Origin: an uncultured Planctomycetota bacterium
GTDB lineage: Bacteria; Planctomycetota; Planctomycetia; Isosphaerales; Isosphaeraceae
Length of the DNA stretch: 64,000 nt
Direction: 5' to 3'
NCBI GenBank assembly: GCA_963823665.1
Contig: CAWGMQ010000008.1
Location: forward strand, 224,001-288,000
In this document: in pieces, positions 45,554 through 54,671 of the stretch
Layout: each line of letters begins with the position of its first letter
Position numbering within the stretch: position 1 is the stretch's first letter
Position numbers and translations under genes: made by a program
Notes under the pieces: generated by a model
Database searches by the model: none
Told to the model about the DNA's origin: nothing
What the model saw: the letters and a program-made list of their open reading frames with translations, nothing else

Positions 45554-47202
45554 CTACCTCTTGGTGCTTCCCACCCCACGGTCGACCTCGAGCTTTTCGA
45601 ACAGGTCCGCCTGCTTCGCTTGTTTCGTTTTCAAGGACTCGAGTTTTTTCTTGAGGTCGTCGATCGATTCCAATCCACGAGAAGAAACGACCGCGGTCTT
45701 GAGCCGCTCGCTGATTTGGGGGTACTTCTCTTCCCACAGCTTGTTGTATTGCAGCCTAAGCTTCCTGTAATTCTCTTCGCCCCTCTGGCGAGCCGTGTCA
45801 CTGCCCGGACGTATCAATCTTCGCGCAGCCCCTCGCTGCTCGTCCGCGTGCGCAATCTCATCGCACAGGGCAATTACGTCGGGATCCCTCTGAAATTCCT
45901 CCTGCATCTGCTGCTCCCGCTCCTTGTCGCTGACCCCCGCGTGTTCTCTTTGTACTTCTTCACTCAACCGCTTCGCATCTTCTCTCGTCTTGAGATCCGC
46001 CTCGACTTTGATGATCTCGAGTTTCGTGTCAAGCATCTCTACAGCTAGCCTGTCGAACAGATCTTCGTCCACCGAGATTAATGTCGAGAGCGCTGCCGGC
46101 CCAGGCTTCGGCGCTTTGTTCTTGAGAGAAGCTCCGCGCGGGCGGAAACGCAGCTCAACCGTCCCCTCGGGAATCTCGAATTCGGAAGGGACGTCCGCTT
46201 GCGCGGGCAGCTTCATGGTAGGGGTGATCGGGGCCCCGTCCTTGAAGATGCGGATTTCATACTGAAAGACGGGCTTGCGACCTGGTGCGGGCGAGCTTGT
46301 CGCAGCAGGATCGGGCGCGGGCTTTTTCGGCTCCGATTGGCCCTGGGCCATCACTGTGGCGGCAATTCCCGCGGTGATCAAACAGACAACGCCACACGCA
46401 TTGGTCAGCCTATTCACAATCGTGGCCCTCAAAAAGTGCCTCACCAAACGCGCAACCGAAACCGGGACCGCCAGGACAGATTCGCCTTGTGAAAGCGCAG
46501 TGGCAGCCGCCCGTGCCGTTGATTGGATCAAGCTCTCGGCGACCGTCGGATAAGCAAAGCCGGCCCCGCCCACAACCGACACGGCGCCGCCGAGGCCGCG
46601 GCGCACCAGCCTCGCCCGCAGCCGCGCTCTTGCCGCGCCTGCCGGCTCTTGACCGTTCCCAGCGCCCACCCAAGCTTCCGGGCCGCTTCCACATGGGTGC
46701 AGTTTTCAATGTCGCAGAGCAAAAGCGGCAGCCGGTACCGTTCCGGCAGACGGTCGATTTCCTCGTGGAGGATCGATGAGAACTCGGCGCAGTTCGAAGA
46801 ATCCGACTCGCGCACGGCGGCAAGCGCTGCCGCCCGCAGCTCGCGAGCCGTCCGGGCCAGCGCCACGGCCCTCGCACCCTTGGACACGCGATGCGCAACC
46901 GCCGAAAGCCACGGGCCGAGCGACTCACGCACTCGCAGGCCCCCGGCCTTGGTGGCCAGCACGAGAAACGTGGCCTGAAACGCATCTTCGGCATCATGCT
47001 CATTGCCCGCGGTTGCCCGGCAGATGCGCATCACGGCCCTGGCGTGCCGTTCCACAATCGCCGCAAACGCCAGTTCACCTGCCTCGGCGTCCTGGCTCAC
47101 AAAGCGAGCGAGCAACTCGCGGTCCGAAAGCCCAGAAAAGCTCCCGGCTTCAAAGAGCACGCGATAGTGCTCGAGCACCGGCAGCCTGCTCGATTGTCGC
47201 AT
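45554..47202 (-). CDS. ECF sigma factor with TM and C-terminal extension (paralog 1; frameshift near 46635)
   Basis: Near-identical sigma2 region to paralog 2; ORFs 46528-47235 and 45554-46669 join after a 1-nt correction. Confidence 0.88.
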
Positions 47203-47229
47203 TGTCCGTTCCTCGAATCTGCAACGGGG

Positions 47230-47267
47230 AGACATGTATCATGCGAGCCGATGGCCAAAAAGTTCCA
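47230..47267 (-). promoter_or_regulatory. ECF-type promoter GTGGAAC-N16-GCATGATACATGTCT
   Basis: Conserved upstream of all three paralogs. Confidence 0.7.
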
Positions 47268-47320
47268 CCTTTTTCCATGATCCCGAATTTCGTTCCGAAG
47301 CTTGCCGAGCGCCCTCGGAC

Positions 47321-47335
47321 TCGATAATTTATCGA
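47321..47335. promoter_or_regulatory. Operator-like palindrome TCGATAA-T-TTATCGA
   Basis: Perfect AT-rich 7-1-7 inverted repeat in a divergent intergenic region. Confidence 0.45.
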
Positions 47336-47479
47336 TTTCAGATTGATATTGTACGACGTGGTTCGAGACCGGGGACGACGAGAAAGGTCGTTCAGGGCTC
47401 GGCTCCTGGCGCGCTTGCGTCGACTTCCCACTCGAACACCGCTCGCCAGGACCCGTTATTTCGCGCACGAGACTGAGAC

Positions 47480-48550
47480 ATGGCCAAAGCAAGCAGACCG
47501 CGGCAAAGGCCGACCGCGAAGCCCGGGAAAGGCGTCCGCTATCGGCACGAGACCGTCGATTCACTGCACGAATATCTTCGCGTCGTGAACGAGATCAACG
47601 ACTCGTGGGACGATCCCGACAGCTTTTCGCCCGACCCGTGGTATCGCGGTGTCCGCGACGCCAGCAAGCACAAGCTGATCCCGGGTTTTTACAGACTGCC
47701 GGAGGAATTTGACTACCTTGAAGAGGACGACTATCGAGAGGAATTCATGAGAAGAGCACCTCCTTTGCTTGACGGCAGAATACCGACAGACAATTGGGAG
47801 TGGTATTTCTTGATGCAACATTACGGTCTGCCGACACGGCTCCTGGATTGGACAGAGGGATCGCTGACGGCGCTATTCTTCGCCGTCGAGGACTTTCAGG
47901 GCCTGGGAAAACCGTCCGCGGACGCCGCAGTCTGGATGCTCGACCCTTGGTACCTCAACGAATGGTCCATCAAGACCAATGAAATTCTGGTGTACACCGA
48001 CGACGACGCCTCGCCCTACTTGTCTGAGAACCCATTCGACGAGGTGGACCCGGACGACGACAAGGATTGGCAGCGGCCCGTCGCGGTGATGCCAACCTAC
48101 AAAAACAATCGGCGACTGGCCGCTCAGCGAGGCATGTTCACAATTCATGGCACTCTTCGCAAACCGCTTGAAACGATGCTTCCCGTCGCGCAAGACGGAA
48201 AGCCGCGACTCGTAAAGATCGTGATTTCCAAGAAAAGCATCCCGACGATCCAGGAGCATCTGCGCCGCACCGGGTTGACCGACGTCGTACTCTTCCCCGA
48301 ACTGCCGTCATTGGCGTTGGACATGCGACGATCATGGGAGCGCCCCTGGAACTCAAAACGTCCCGGCCAAAGCGCCGCGAAGATCCTCAGAAAACGGCAC
48401 GCAAGTTGCCTTTGCGAAGGCGGAAAAAATGAAGCGGATCTTCCACGAAATGAACACCCCCGCCGACACCGAAGTTCGCCGCGCGCTGGCCGCCTATCAC
48501 AAGGCGAAGCACAGGGTGAAGGAAGTGCACCGCCACGAGCCCCACGATGA
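47480..48550 (+). CDS. FRG domain protein
   Basis: WYRG, MQHYGLPTRLLDWT...ALFFAV, RLAAQRG.FTIHG and LFPEL; the real end may be earlier (~48400) since the tail overlaps the next gene. Confidence 0.9.
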   Translation: MAKASRPRQRPTAKPGKGVRYRHETVDSLHEYLRVVNEINDSWDDPDSFSPDPWYRGVRDASKHKLIPGFYRLPEEFDYLEEDDYREEFMRRAPPLLDGRIPTDNWEWYFLMQHYGLPTRLLDWTEGSLTALFFAVEDFQGLGKPSADAAVWMLDPWYLNEWSIKTNEILVYTDDDASPYLSENPFDEVDPDDDKDWQRPVAVMPTYKNNRRLAAQRGMFTIHGTLRKPLETMLPVAQDGKPRLVKIVISKKSIPTIQEHLRRTGLTDVVLFPELPSLALDMRRSWERPWNSKRPGQSAAKILRKRHASCLCEGGKNEADLPRNEHPRRHRSSPRAGRLSQGEAQGEGSAPPRAPR

Positions 48551-49184
48551 CGAGGCCGCATCTGTCCGCGACGGATTCGAGAAGCGCGCCGGCGAGGCGG
48601 CGCAGGCCGAGCAAAAAACGCGCGACGCACTCACCAACGCCGTTGCGGCGTTCGCAGGACCCGCCCCTTGTGCCGCCATCGTTGATTCTCCCGGAGGTAG
48701 CTCGGTGATCGCCCTTTCGGGAAAGCCGGACGGACTGATCGTCGTCACCGCGGCCGATCGGGTGCCCATCAAGGAGGTGCTCTGCCGCCCGGAGCCTCCG
48801 CCCGAATTCGCCCACGTGTTTCGTCAGATCGCGCCCAATCAAGGTGCAGTCTATCTCGTCATGCAGCGTGGCGACGTGCTGGCGATCTACAACGGCGTTT
48901 ACTTTCGCTCCACCAACGAGGTGGTCGCCGATTTTCAGGAGTTGCTCCGCGCAGGATTCGAGGGCGTCTGGAGCGACGATTACGTGATCTGGTCGAACGG
49001 CCGGATCATGGCAGTCATCCACCGCTCAATGGATCGCGAGGAACAGAAGCTCTTCCTGTTCAACGAACCGCATAATGATCCAATCGCCGGCCGCACGATC
49101 GACCCGATGCCATACTGGCCGACGTACGATGAGTGGGTCGAGAACGGGCGGGGAGACCTCTGGAAGGCCGACCGGTATCCGTAA
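48429..49184 (+). CDS. Hypothetical protein
   Basis: 251-aa ORF with normal codon pattern; no family recognised. Confidence 0.7.
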   Translation: MKRIFHEMNTPADTEVRRALAAYHKAKHRVKEVHRHEPHDDEAASVRDGFEKRAGEAAQAEQKTRDALTNAVAAFAGPAPCAAIVDSPGGSSVIALSGKPDGLIVVTAADRVPIKEVLCRPEPPPEFAHVFRQIAPNQGAVYLVMQRGDVLAIYNGVYFRSTNEVVADFQELLRAGFEGVWSDDYVIWSNGRIMAVIHRSMDREEQKLFLFNEPHNDPIAGRTIDPMPYWPTYDEWVENGRGDLWKADRYP

Positions 49185-49623
49185 AGCAGCCGGCCGTACT
49201 CCTGACTCTGAGGGCGGCTAGACGTCACTTCCGGCGGACAACCTTGTCCAGGGCGGCGACTCGATTCAAACTCGTCATGAAAGAACACGCCGCCCACTTG
49301 CTCTTTGGTATATCCTTGGCTCTCAAGTGAGCCTCAACTCGTGTTTGCAAAAGCGCGAAGAACCCCCCCCACCAAAGCCACGGCTCCCTGAAAAGCTCCA
49401 CAGTCACCCTTCTGTCGGTCAGTCCCAGCCTCTGGTATTCATAAACTCTGCTAAAAGTGTGTGAGGGCAGAATCAAGCAGCACCCGCGCCACGCCTGTTG
49501 TCGCGAACCCGCATCGTCATCGAGTCGGCCCGCGCGCACCTCGTTTGCCTTCCAAGTCGTGTGCCGGGCGACAGAGTCTGGCGAGACTGGCCGCGCGCAT
49601 CGCGCGAGCACAACTCGCTTTTT

Positions 49624-50631
49624 TCAACCCTTCATGCCGTAAACCACAATCTTGCGATGGCCCACGGCATAGATCGTGTCGCCATCTTCGCTGAGTGCAA
49701 GGTCATGCAGGTTCATCGGCGTCTTTTCCTGGGCGAGCGTCTTCTTGCCCGCCAGGTTGAAGAACATCAAGAACCCGTCCTTGTCGCCGCCCCCGCCGGC
49801 CAGGAGCCAGTCACCCTGCGGGTGAAATGTAAGGTTCTCGACCAGCCCCTTGAACTTGTCGCTGGCGAAGGTCTGCGTGTGCTCCCCCTTCTTCCAGTCG
49901 AAGACCTCCACCAGCGCTTTGCCATCAAGGTGATCGATATTCGAGATCTTGCCGCTGCCGCCGGCTGCGAGGAATCTTCCGTCGGGAGAAAACGCCAACG
50001 AACGGATGCCGCCGATTGAGTGCCGGCGCTGGACCGGATCCCACGTGTAGAGCTCGGGGGCCTCGAGCGTCGCGACCAACACACCCGATTCGACATCCCA
50101 GACGACAATCCGGCCGATTTTGTCAGCCGTCGCAATGTGGCGGCCGTCGGGTGAGATGGCCACCGCGTAGAGCATGGACGGAAAGTGGCTCGGTGTGAGC
50201 TCCGCATGCCCGCGCAGCTCGCGAATCAGCCGCCCGCTTGCAAGGTCCCAGAGCCGGCAAACCATGTCGTCGGCCACGCTGGCGAGAACGTTTCCGTCGG
50301 GCGTGATCGCAACGCGGCGGATCCATCGCGAATGGGCAGGAAGCTCGCGCATCTTCGAGTGCGACTCGGCGTTCCACCAGATCAACTTGCCGTCATACCC
50401 GCCTGAGACCAGCGTCGAGCCGGATAGGGCGAGGCCCGTCACATAACTGTCATGACGCCCCAGCTCCTTGGGCTCGGGCTTGGGCTGATCGAGGTCGATC
50501 TCGTAGACCGAGAAGTCCGACCCACCGCAAAAGACACGGCCCGTCCGGGGCTTTCGCGCCACCGCGAACACGATGTCGGAACGCGAAACGGTCTTGACCG
50601 CCTTGAGTTTTTCGGGATTTCCGCCGGGCAT
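49624..50631 (-). CDS. WD40 repeat protein
   Basis: H.SYVTGLA..SGGYDG.L.WW, H..WIRRVA.TPDG...CRLWD and LAFSPDG. Confidence 0.9.
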   Translation of the reverse strand: MPGGNPEKLKAVKTVSRSDIVFAVARKPRTGRVFCGGSDFSVYEIDLDQPKPEPKELGRHDSYVTGLALSGSTLVSGGYDGKLIWWNAESHSKMRELPAHSRWIRRVAITPDGNVLASVADDMVCRLWDLASGRLIRELRGHAELTPSHFPSMLYAVAISPDGRHIATADKIGRIVVWDVESGVLVATLEAPELYTWDPVQRRHSIGGIRSLAFSPDGRFLAAGGSGKISNIDHLDGKALVEVFDWKKGEHTQTFASDKFKGLVENLTFHPQGDWLLAGGGGDKDGFLMFFNLAGKKTLAQEKTPMNLHDLALSEDGDTIYAVGHRKIVVYGMKG

Positions 50632-50641
50632 TGACAGAACC

Positions 50642-51955
50642 TCAAGCGAGAACTTCGCGGACAGGCTCGGTACCTGAATCGGTAAGCGGAACAGGCCGTG
50701 CGCCGACCATGTATTCCTTCTGGTGATTGATCCCGAGTGCCTGATAAATCGTGGCGAAAAGCTGTGCCGGGCCGACCTCGCCGTCGACGACACTACGTCC
50801 GATCTTGTCGGTCTTGCCGTACACCGAGCCGCCCCGGACGCCGGCGCCCGAGAGTGTTGCACTCCAGGCCGTGGCGAAGTGATCGCGGCCCAGGCAGGGG
50901 TTGATCTCGGGCGTGCGGCCGAACTCGGCCAGGGTGATGACCAGCGTGTTCTCGAGCAAGCCGCGGGCTTTCAAGTCGTCGAGCAGCGCGGCCATGACGC
51001 GGTCCAGCTCGGGAACCATCTCCTGATGCGTCTCGAAGTTCTGCCCGTGGCTATCCCACCAGGCGCGGGCGACACGCACGAAGGGAACTCCCGCCTCGAT
51101 CAGCCGCCGCGCAACCAGCGCCTGCTCGCCGAACTGCGTGGGCCCGAACGCGTCGCGCACGGCCTGCGGCTCGTGCGAGATGTCGAAAAGCGACTCACTG
51201 GCCATGAGTCCGCGCACGCGCTGGTATGCGACGTTGTGGCTGCCCAGAACTCGCGACGACCGCCCGCGCTCAAACCGCTTGCTCAGGAATTCACGCAGCT
51301 CCGCGCGCTCACGGTGGTCGCGCTCCGAGATCTCATCGAGACGGCGAAGGTTCTCCGGGATGTTGCCGGCGGTGAGGTACATCGGCTCATAGCGCTGGCC
51401 GAGGAACCCGCCCGAGCCGGGTGCCATCATGCGGCCTTCCGTCGCCGAGTAAAAGGAAACGTAGTCGGGCACCTGGCTGTGCACCTGGCCAAGCTCGCGA
51501 GCCAGCACGGCTCCGAGATCAGGATAGCGCACGCTGGCATCGTCACGGCGGCCGTGCATCATCAGCTTGGCGCCGCCGCCGTGGTCGCCGTTCTTGGTGT
51601 TGAGCGAGCGGATGATGCAGGTGTGGTCCATCCGCTGGGCCATCATCGGCATCAGCTCGGAAATCTGGATCCCCGGAACGCTCGTCGGGATCGAGCGGAA
51701 CGGTCCGCCGGTGGGTGTGCCGGGCTTCGGGTCCCACGTCTCGAGCTGGCTCGAGCCGCCGGCCAGCCAGAGGAGGATGACTCGCTTGTCACTCCGCTTG
51801 AGCTCACCCGCCAGCGCCGGATTCTGAAGCACGTCAAGCACCGTCATGTCCGCGGCAAACGCCGCGGCGCCCGCGGCCAGCGACCCGAGGAAGCCGCGAC
51901 GATTCAACGCGTGGTCGGGCGAGCCGCAGAACTTCTGGCGAGGCATGGTCGACAT
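50642..51955 (-). CDS. DUF1501 domain protein (Tat-exported)
   Basis: NRRGFLG; LLWLAGG.SQLETWDPKP, WWDSH, EFGRTP and GRDHF. Confidence 0.93.
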   Translation of the reverse strand: MSTMPRQKFCGSPDHALNRRGFLGSLAAGAAAFAADMTVLDVLQNPALAGELKRSDKRVILLWLAGGSSQLETWDPKPGTPTGGPFRSIPTSVPGIQISELMPMMAQRMDHTCIIRSLNTKNGDHGGGAKLMMHGRRDDASVRYPDLGAVLARELGQVHSQVPDYVSFYSATEGRMMAPGSGGFLGQRYEPMYLTAGNIPENLRRLDEISERDHRERAELREFLSKRFERGRSSRVLGSHNVAYQRVRGLMASESLFDISHEPQAVRDAFGPTQFGEQALVARRLIEAGVPFVRVARAWWDSHGQNFETHQEMVPELDRVMAALLDDLKARGLLENTLVITLAEFGRTPEINPCLGRDHFATAWSATLSGAGVRGGSVYGKTDKIGRSVVDGEVGPAQLFATIYQALGINHQKEYMVGARPVPLTDSGTEPVREVLA

Positions 51956-52005
51956 GGGGTCGCTCCGGCTTGAAACAATGCGTCAGGCTAAAGCCTGACC
52001 TTTAA

Positions 52006-53662
52006 CTAATGGTTGAAGCGGAATTCGGAGTCTGTCAGCAAGATCCAGACGAGTCCGCGGCGTGCGTCGTCGGGTCGATCGGTGCGATCGGCGAGGAATT
52101 CACTCAACACGCGAATCTCGTCGCCATCAGCGGGGCGCGAGAGCACGTTACGCACCGCGACGTCCACGACCTCGGCATTTCCGCTGGCGCGTTCGAGACG
52201 GCCGACGAGCGTTCCGTTTTGATCGGACAAGAGGTCACCGCTGATTTTCTTACCATTGCTGAAGAGCAGCGCCTCGGACACGCCGATCTGAGGATCGCCG
52301 CCGGAGGTTGCGAACAACGCGGCAAGCGGCGCGGGCACTTTCCTCCAGAGCGTTCAGCCGCTTCTCGAACGCCTCGGATTGAAATTCCGACGGAAGGCTC
52401 GCGGGATCGACCGTGGCCAGCTTGAGCGATGTCGCAAGCTGCGCCGGCGAGAGCGGCCGCACGAGTGCCACCGCGAACAGGGAAGGCCGCGGCGGCTCGG
52501 CACCGCCTTCCCAGCGGCTGGCCCGGGCGTAGGCGTGGGAAAGAACCAGGCCGCGAATCAAGCGCCTCAGGTCGTAGCCATGATCGGCGAGGTCGCGGGC
52601 CAGCCAGGCCAGAAGTTCGGGATGACTCGGCGGGTTTGCCGAGTGCATCTGGTCCAGCGGCATGACCATCCCGTAGCCGAAGAGGCGGTGCCACACGCGA
52701 TTGCAGATCGCCCGGGAAAAGAACTCCCGGTCGGTTGGGGCCAGCGCCAGCTCGACCAGCTTGGCCCGCGCGCTGAACTTGGGCGACGGCGGCGGAACCT
52801 TGGCCTTCTTCGCGCGATCGAGCTCTTCCTTCTCTTTCTTCTGATCGTCCTTCGAGGGCTCCTTGGCGTCGGCTTCCTCAACCCGGCGCCCGGTGAGAAA
52901 CATCAGGCCCGCCTTGCGCTCGACGGCTTCGGTCGTCTTGAAGCGGATCGTGCCGTAGGCATGCTCGGCCAGGAAGCCGTCATTGCCGTTGCCGCTGACG
53001 AACGTTCGTGCCAGGAACCCCTTCATTCCATAGAAATGATCTTGCTTCCAGTCGCGAACCAGCGGGTGGTCGTGGCACTGGGCGCAACTGATGTTCACGC
53101 CGAAGAAGGTCGAGCTCACATCGGCGGTGAGCCGGTCCAGGTCATTGAGTCCCTGACGAAGATAAACGGCGGCCGCCTTCTGCGTCTTGTCCGTCTGGTC
53201 CGGGAGCAAGAGCTCGCGGAAGATGCGGTCCCACGGCCGGTTTTCTCCCACGGCCTGAACGAGGTAGTCGCGCAGGCTCGACTTGCGGCCGCCACCGCCG
53301 CCGGCCAAGAGCATCGTCTCAAGCTCGGTCACCTGATGCCGGGCAAAGCCGGGAGACGCCATCAAGCGGTCAACCAGGCGGACGAGCTTGTCGCGATCCG
53401 TCGATGCGACGTACGCACGCGACTCGGCGGCAGTGGGAATGCGCCCGGCAAGGTCAAGCGTCAACCGGCGGACCAGCGTCGCGTCGTCCGCACGGACGGC
53501 AGGAGTCACGCCTGCCTTCTTCAGTCCCGCGTCGATGTAATGATCCACGACTTCCGCGATCGAGCGATCCGGCGGTAGCAAATCGCCGGCTCTGGCAGCC
53601 GCTTCGATCTCGATGACCAGGAGTGCGGCGGCGACCGCGAAGGCCGGACGAAGCATCCTCAT
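52006..53662 (-). CDS. DUF1549/DUF1553 protein; frameshift near 52335
   Basis: DD.TLVRRLTLDLAGRIPT, SCAQCHDHP, NRVW..LFG.G, PSHPELL.WLA and terminal EFRFNH. Confidence 0.9.
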
Positions 53663-54140
53663 CGTGGTTCCTCTTGCGCGTGATCAGCCTGGATGCAACA
53701 ATCGCTGCGTGCTGTGCGGAGAGAAAGCAAGGCCGAGGCAGGTATTTCATTTCATCGGAGGGAAGGAGAACAATTGTTTAATTTACTGTGTGGGCGAGTC
53801 CGACGCCACAGGTTTTTTTGACATTCCACGGCGCGAAGAAAGTCGATCTGCCAAGCAGCGACCGGCCAAATCTAACGGCGGTGGGTCGCCTTGTTGGGCG
53901 CGGGTCTCCTGACCCCGCCCTCCTCATCGACCGCAGGTGTCCAGGCGACCGACCCGCCAATCGAATGATTGTCGCAGCACCAGGCGCAGTCTAAGGGGAG
54001 TGACCGCCCTGGCGTTTGCATTTTCAACGGCATCAAGAATCTCGCCTTGGAGAGCTTGTTCGCATGCGATAGGGTTGAATCCGTGGGGCGCCAGAATGGC
54101 CAAGATGGAGGGGAAATCTCTCTTTCGGGGCATGTTCACG

Positions 54141-54365
54141 ATGACGGGAACCGGGCTGGACAAGGCGCGGGCGGCCAAGGAACAGGTCAAGGCAGCCTTT
54201 GCGGGAAAGGCGTCTGTCGTGGGCATCGGCATTACCCGCGTGGGCGACGTCTACGGCGTAAAAGTCAACCTCGGCGCGGCACCGGAGGCGGACGCCAAGC
54301 TACCCGATACGATCGACGGCGTGCCCATCCGCGTCGAGGTGGTCGGGCCGATCAGCAAGCGCTGA
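54141..54365 (+). CDS. Small conserved-looking hypothetical protein
   Basis: VVGIGIT...GVKVNL...LP.TIDGVPIRVEVVG.I. Confidence 0.75.
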   Translation: MTGTGLDKARAAKEQVKAAFAGKASVVGIGITRVGDVYGVKVNLGAAPEADAKLPDTIDGVPIRVEVVGPISKR

Positions 54366-54671
54366 ACGGGACCGGCTTGTCAATCCACCGCGATCGGGCG
54401 ATCTTTCGATCCGCTCCGCGGCTCACTTTTCGTCGGTGCTTAACCGGGCCGGCCGAACGGTTTGACGATTCGCATGCGCGATCCCAACGTCGCGGAGATC
54501 ACCCGTCGGCGCGTTCCCGCCGGGTTGACGCCAAACGGACTGTGCCCCTTACGTTGCGTCGACGGCGATGTCAAACCAGGGAATTCAGTCCGGCCTTTTC
54601 TTGATCTCACAGTGAGACTCCTCAGCCCTGGATTGCGCCAATCTAGGAAATCAACACAGGAGGCCGCTCTG

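Noticed and set aside
53785..53820. Terminator of a small RNA (hairpin plus T-run on the + strand)
   Set aside because: The stem is imperfect and there is no supporting upstream gene or promoter evidence
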